NCBI GenBank assembly: GCA_031372065.1
Contig: JANMKN010000355.1
Span: 1-10,231, forward strand
Reading direction: 5' to 3'
Length of the DNA stretch: 10,231 nt
Source: Abditibacteriaceae bacterium
Lineage (GTDB): Bacteria > Armatimonadota > Abditibacteriia > Abditibacteriales > Abditibacteriaceae
This document shows, one piece after another, positions 6,050 to 10,231 of the stretch; the stretch's first letter is position 1, and each line of letters starts with the position of its first letter. The position numbers and the translations under genes are program-made. The notes below the pieces were generated by a model, which was not told the origin of the DNA, did not search any database, and saw only the letters and a list, made by a program, of their open reading frames with translations.

Positions 6050-9000
6050 TTACGGCTGGTTTAAGGCGGCAACTGTAGTGGGAGCGCCGACCACTGGCAT
6101 TTGGAAATCGCGGAGCCAATAAGTGGCGCCTTGATGGTTGCCGCCGATTCCGGCGCGCAGATAACCACGTTCGGGGGTGGCGAACGCTAAGGCTTCCACT
6201 TCTAAGGCACCTGCATCGTTGACTAAGCCTGCATTTTGCATGGCTTTTTTCAAATCGAAGGTCGCGTCGTGCCATTGGTTATCGCTGCGCACGTTTTCGA
6301 TTTTGCCGAGACCTTTTTCGGCGTCCGCTGCGATTTCTTTTTCAGTCAAACCACCTAAAGTTCCCTCGCCGGTAAAACCGATTTCACGCCACTTGCCGGT
6401 GATTTTTGCATAGAGGTTGACGAACACGCCCTGCGGCACGCGATAAGAGAATTTGATAAGCGGGCGCTTGCTCGCATCGAATGCCTTGCGCGAAACGTAA
6501 ACCGTCCAGTCGCCGCCACTTTGCGGGTTGGTGAATTTAAGAGTTTCGGCTTGACCGGCGACGGGTTCGATTTTCGCTGTAGTTTCCAGCAGTCCATCGC
6601 GCCGGGAAGTCCACGCGTCCAAAACATTCTTAATCGGCGCCGAAGTCACTGATGCCGCGCCTTCTTCGCGCGTGGCTTCGAGGCCGTCGTGCCATAAGCG
6701 CACTCGCGCGATGGACAAATTGAAATTATGCGACCAAAACGCGATGCGGCCCGCTTCGTTGCCCAGTGGCTTATCATCAAGGTAGTCAGCAATTTCCTGA
6801 TTGTTGACCGACCAGCGAAAATGCAAGCCTTGTGGCGTTTGGCGGCGTTCAATGCGCAGATAATACCAATCTTGATGCTCGGAACCATGCAATCCGGGCG
6901 TCACTTCGGCGGTTTTCATTCCCAATTGGTCGCCCCGCAAAATATAGTGCGGCGCTTGATGTTTGGGCGCGAAGATAAACGAATAGCCAGAACCAAGATC
7001 GCGCCCGTCGGCACCGACGGTGACATTGATGTCCGTCGGATTTTTTTCGCTGCGCGTTATGTCCATCGGCGTGGCAAGATAGGCTTCCAACGTGAAATCG
7101 CCCTGCGCGGCGAAGCGGCTCCATAAAGTCGGGTCTATGTCATCGTAGCCGCGCAAAAACCCCCATTGGGGCTGGCACGTCCAGCGTTCCGCTACTTCCC
7201 AGCGGCCCCGTCCCGCGAACCAATCCACAGGCGCTCCGGTAAAGGTGTAATCCAACTTGGCCGAGGTTTCGGCGCCTGCTTTTTCAAACCAGAACTGGTT
7301 GCTTGGCACTTGTTCTGGCATTTCGCTTACGCCTTCCAAATTCGTCAGGCGTAGCAGAACTTTGGTGCCAGCCGGACTTTCGGGCGCGGTTTCTTGGAGC
7401 AGGGGTGTGCCGTTCAAAGTCACGCTCAAGGCGACCTGATTGGCTCCCAAGGGGCGGCGCACAAAACGCAGCATCCCCGCCGGATTATAATCGGCGGCTT
7501 TGCCATTGGGTTTTACATACGGCGCGGTGATGGTCTTGAGTAATTTGTCGCCTTCAAAGAGTTTAAATTGCCAATTGTCGCCCTCGCGTCCGACTTCAAG
7601 ACGTGCCCCGCCGGGCTGCAAAGTTTGAACTGGTGTTTCCTTTCCCGCTGCTGGCGCAGTGCCTTTTGTCGTTGCATTGGGCGTGAGCGAACGGCGATAA
7701 CGCACGACGCGCAAAGAGGCAGGAATGCTGACGGGAATGCCTTCGAAGTTTTCGCGCAAATGAATCGTCATACGCGCTGTAGGTGCCATGTCGGGCAAGG
7801 GAACTGTAACCTCCGCGTCACGAAAAAAGTCACCGGTGTGCATCCAAATTTGTTCGGGGTTCTTCTTTGACGCTTCCGGCGTAAGATAAAAGAAGCGGGC
7901 GTTGGAAAACTCAGGGTCGGGATTTACTCTTTTCCATGCGCTGGCATTGCTGGCCCAATAGCGCATCAGCGTATCTTTCTGAAAACGCGCTGGAATGGGC
8001 GGTTCACCCCATGTGGGCGAAGCGCTGAACACGCGAAACGTTGTCGCAATGGCGCCGGGCGCGGCGTCGGCCCAAATGCCGACGCGTCCATCGGGAATTT
8101 TGTCCACCATAGCCGTGGCGGTAAAATTCGCAAAATTGGGAAAACCGATGCGCGCTTTGATGTTGCCGTTTTGCCATTCGACAAAGAGCGGATGGGCGCC
8201 GAACGCTTGGCCTGCGACAGGCAGAGAATTTTGCGCTAATAAACGTTCTTTGCCAGCCGCGACTTCTACAATTTGGAGGGCTGATTGAGTTTGGCGCACC
8301 AGAAAATAGTTTTGCTTATCGCGCGCGGCGAAGACAATTCCGCTGCTTTTACCGGAGCGTTCGCGGGCAAATTCAGCTTCGATAAGGCCGTCGCTACGCA
8401 CATCGCCCGTGATGCTAAGGCCACTGCCGTTGCTGGTTTTGGCGCGCGTTCCCGTTTTGCCGGGACGCGTTTGCCAAGCGCCCTGTAAGTCATCCCATTG
8501 ACCCAAAGTGGCGCTGGAGAAATTCTCGCTAATCGGCGCATTCGCGGCGATATTTACGTCGTCGAAATCTATAAAATTACCGCCGCCGAGTTCGGCGCGC
8601 AGCAAGGCTTCACCTTGTGCAAAAGGACGTTCCTGCCAGTTTTTGAAATTCTGTGGTGCAAAACGCACGCGTTCTATGCCGTCAACTAACAAGCGCACGG
8701 TGCCGGGGCCGGGTTCAAGAAATAAGCGATGCCATTGATTCGGGGCGCAGGCGAAGGCTTCGCTTTTTGCCAAAATCTGATTGCCTTGTTTGAGAGTCGC
8801 GCGGCCACTTTGCAAGTCCATTTCGCCGACTATCGCTTGTCCGTTAGGCTGTGCATAAGCGGCGACACTGGCGACCAGCGGGGCGTCAAGACTTTTTAGA
8901 ACAGGTTTAAAAGCCACGGCGACGCTGTAATCTTTCCAAAACCATTTGCCAATCGAAGTGATCGCCGCGCCGCTGCCTTGGGTTTCGGCGCGATAAACGA

Positions 9001-9772
9001 ACGGATTCGGGTTGCGCGATGAATCGAAGCGCACGCGCGCATCAATCATCATGCTGGTTTTCCAACTGCCGCGTAGGGTATGCCATTCGCCGGATTTTTT
9101 GGGCGCAGCAGACTTAGCTAACGGCTCAATGTTGCCGCCAAGCACGGTTTTTGCTGTCGCTTCGTCGGCGGGCACTCCGTCTTCGCTTGGCCCGTCGGCG
9201 CGCATGAAATCGTCTTGGGCAGTCACGGGTTCGGTGGGTTGCAAGCGTTCGCCAGAGGTTTTTGCGCCCTGCGCCGCCACGCCGATTCCGCCGCCTTTCA
9301 AGGCGCTAAATGCGCTCAAAACGGCGCGCCCATTCCATAAAACGCGCGCTTGCCACGGGGAACGCTGCAAGGTGAGTTGGCCTTTCTGATTGGCGCCCTC
9401 AAGCGAAAGGGGCGCCTCGCCCCAACGCGTTGTTTTGCCATTTGACACGCGCCAAAAAGCCGCGCTGAGATTTTTCCCAGCGCCGTTTAATTGCAACAAC
9501 GCGAAATTTTGCGCATCACGATAATGAAACGGCACGCGCACTTCCCACGGCGCTCCATTGGCAGCGGGCTGGATTTCGCAAGTCCAACTCCAAGTGTCTT
9601 CGAGTTGATCGCCGTCTAATTCATAGTTCCAACCGGCTAAAGGTAAGGAAGAAATTGAAATCGCCTTCGCTGCGAGCGGCTTTGTCGGCGCGGCAGCCAG
9701 TGAAGGTGAAAAAACCGTATAAAACGGCGTAATCGCTACCAGAGCGAGAATTTTTTTAGGTGCAAATTGCAT
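6050..9772 (-). CDS. Large secreted beta-rich protein with tandem concanavalin-A-like (LamG/DUF1080-type) modules and a C-terminal CBM-like domain
   Basis: 1240-aa ORF with a signal peptide (MQFAPKKILALVAITPFYTVFSPSLAA). Recurring module signatures: [DE][DN]F...W-x4-G-x-W starts (DDFMRA..GEWHTLRGSW, ENFSS..GQWDDLQGAW, DYTFT..DWFAGRGRW), WH-x-L / WYYLRIE strands, VDG/VNN, GR[VI][GA][IF]W and FDDVNI ends. C-terminal DNQWHDATFDL. Confidence 0.75.
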   Translation of the reverse strand: MQFAPKKILALVAITPFYTVFSPSLAAAPTKPLAAKAISISSLPLAGWNYELDGDQLEDTWSWTCEIQPAANGAPWEVRVPFHYRDAQNFALLQLNGAGKNLSAAFWRVSNGKTTRWGEAPLSLEGANQKGQLTLQRSPWQARVLWNGRAVLSAFSALKGGGIGVAAQGAKTSGERLQPTEPVTAQDDFMRADGPSEDGVPADEATAKTVLGGNIEPLAKSAAPKKSGEWHTLRGSWKTSMMIDARVRFDSSRNPNPFVYRAETQGSGAAITSIGKWFWKDYSVAVAFKPVLKSLDAPLVASVAAYAQPNGQAIVGEMDLQSGRATLKQGNQILAKSEAFACAPNQWHRLFLEPGPGTVRLLVDGIERVRFAPQNFKNWQERPFAQGEALLRAELGGGNFIDFDDVNIAANAPISENFSSATLGQWDDLQGAWQTRPGKTGTRAKTSNGSGLSITGDVRSDGLIEAEFARERSGKSSGIVFAARDKQNYFLVRQTQSALQIVEVAAGKERLLAQNSLPVAGQAFGAHPLFVEWQNGNIKARIGFPNFANFTATAMVDKIPDGRVGIWADAAPGAIATTFRVFSASPTWGEPPIPARFQKDTLMRYWASNASAWKRVNPDPEFSNARFFYLTPEASKKNPEQIWMHTGDFFRDAEVTVPLPDMAPTARMTIHLRENFEGIPVSIPASLRVVRYRRSLTPNATTKGTAPAAGKETPVQTLQPGGARLEVGREGDNWQFKLFEGDKLLKTITAPYVKPNGKAADYNPAGMLRFVRRPLGANQVALSVTLNGTPLLQETAPESPAGTKVLLRLTNLEGVSEMPEQVPSNQFWFEKAGAETSAKLDYTFTGAPVDWFAGRGRWEVAERWTCQPQWGFLRGYDDIDPTLWSRFAAQGDFTLEAYLATPMDITRSEKNPTDINVTVGADGRDLGSGYSFIFAPKHQAPHYILRGDQLGMKTAEVTPGLHGSEHQDWYYLRIERRQTPQGLHFRWSVNNQEIADYLDDKPLGNEAGRIAFWSHNFNLSIARVRLWHDGLEATREEGAASVTSAPIKNVLDAWTSRRDGLLETTAKIEPVAGQAETLKFTNPQSGGDWTVYVSRKAFDASKRPLIKFSYRVPQGVFVNLYAKITGKWREIGFTGEGTLGGLTEKEIAADAEKGLGKIENVRSDNQWHDATFDLKKAMQNAGLVNDAGALEVEALAFATPERGYLRAGIGGNHQGATYWLRDFQMPVVGAPTTVAALNQP

Positions 9773-9883
9773 AGCGCAGCCTTAGACAAAGGCCTTGGTG
9801 CAATGGTTCCTGATGAAGATGAGGAGAGTGTGGCCCATACACTTCTTCATGCTTGAAACGGGCAGAAACATATGAGCGAGGTT

Positions 9884-9945
9884 CTCCTCTCCCCAGCGAA
9901 GCGTTTGGGGGAGCCGGGAACCCGCTTGCGGGTGGCGGTGAGGGG
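9884..9945. repeat. REP-like intergenic palindromic element (CCCCTCACC...CTCCCCC...GGGGAGAGG on the - strand)
   Basis: CTCCTCTCCCC-AGCGAAGCGTTT-GGGGGAG followed by hairpin ACCCG-CTTG-CGGGT and GGTGAGGGG. Resembles the widespread CCCTCACCC..CTCTCCC..GGGAGAGG class of short intergenic repeats (from recall). Only one copy is in the window. Confidence 0.5.
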
Positions 9946-10003
9946 ACGAGCAGCTTTGCTGCTCTTTCCAGTGCCTACCATAAGCGCACTGCGTAACATG
10001 AGA

Positions 10004-10043
10004 TTAAAAGCAAACGCGGCCCTTTGATGCAAAGGGCCGCGTT
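10004..10043 (-). terminator. Rho-independent terminator of the - strand gene ending at 10052
   Basis: Perfect 14-bp stem AACGCGGCCCTTTG (10013-10026) / CAAAGGGCCGCGTT (10030-10043) with a 3-nt loop, starting 8 nt after the stop. Followed on the - strand by TGCTTTTAAT. Confidence 0.85.
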
Positions 10044-10051
10044 GGAGTGCA

Positions 10052-10231
10052 TCAGGTTGTGGGCGTGGTGTTGCGGGGCTTGCGTTTGAATTCGCTGGTG
10101 CGCGTGCCTCCGGCCAACTCGTATTGGCTGCTGTCGGCGCCCCACTTCGATTTTGCGCCGCTCAGCATTCGCACGCTGAGCGCCTTGAGCGGTTTTTCCT
10201 GAGCTTTCAGCAGGTTCGCCAGATCATCGGC
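10052..10231 (-). CDS. 3' end (59 aa) of a conserved hypothetical helical protein with a G-x-DS-x-x-YE-x-AGG-x-R-x-S motif; start lies outside the window
   Basis: Hand translation: ADDLANLLKAQEKPLKALSVRMLSGAKSKWGADSSQYELAGGTRTSEFKRKPRNTTPTT*, with TGA at 10052-10054 followed by a terminator. Absent from the ORF track because it is 5'-truncated. Confidence 0.85.
   Translation of the reverse strand, partial: ADDLANLLKAQEKPLKALSVRMLSGAKSKWGADSSQYELAGGTRTSEFKRKPRNTTPTT

Noticed and set aside
804..9389. Numerous 60-170-aa ORFs nested in or antisense to the four large genes
   Set aside because: Shadow ORFs of GC-rich coding sequence, with no motifs or initiation signals.
9847..10032. 61-aa - strand ORF
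   Set aside because: It starts inside the terminator hairpin and crosses the palindromic element; no SD or protein-like features.

Overview
Bacterial genomic window of moderate GC; protein style is reminiscent of Armatimonadota/Abditibacteriota (unverified impression). A + strand cluster of three predicted envelope proteins (a GH26 glycoside hydrolase multidomain protein, a membrane-anchored 7-bladed WD40 protein and a DUF2993/LmeA-like protein) converges on a 1240-aa secreted protein with repeated ConA-like/DUF1080-type modules on the - strand. The 3' end of another - strand hypothetical gene and its intrinsic terminator lie at the right edge. The most unusual content is two degenerate tandem arrays with an exact 21-bp period (1-252 and 5701-5931). 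They have different consensus sequences but align in register (core C-N3-GRGAA) and read on the - strand as related heptapeptide repeats (K-T-T-F-[LP]-S-[EG] vs N-[RK]-P-I-[LP]-Y-[EG]). There is also a strong stem-loop beside the second array and a hairpin-rich intergenic region with a REP-like palindromic element (9813-9990). No CRISPR array, cas gene, transposase, tRNA or rRNA was recognised.
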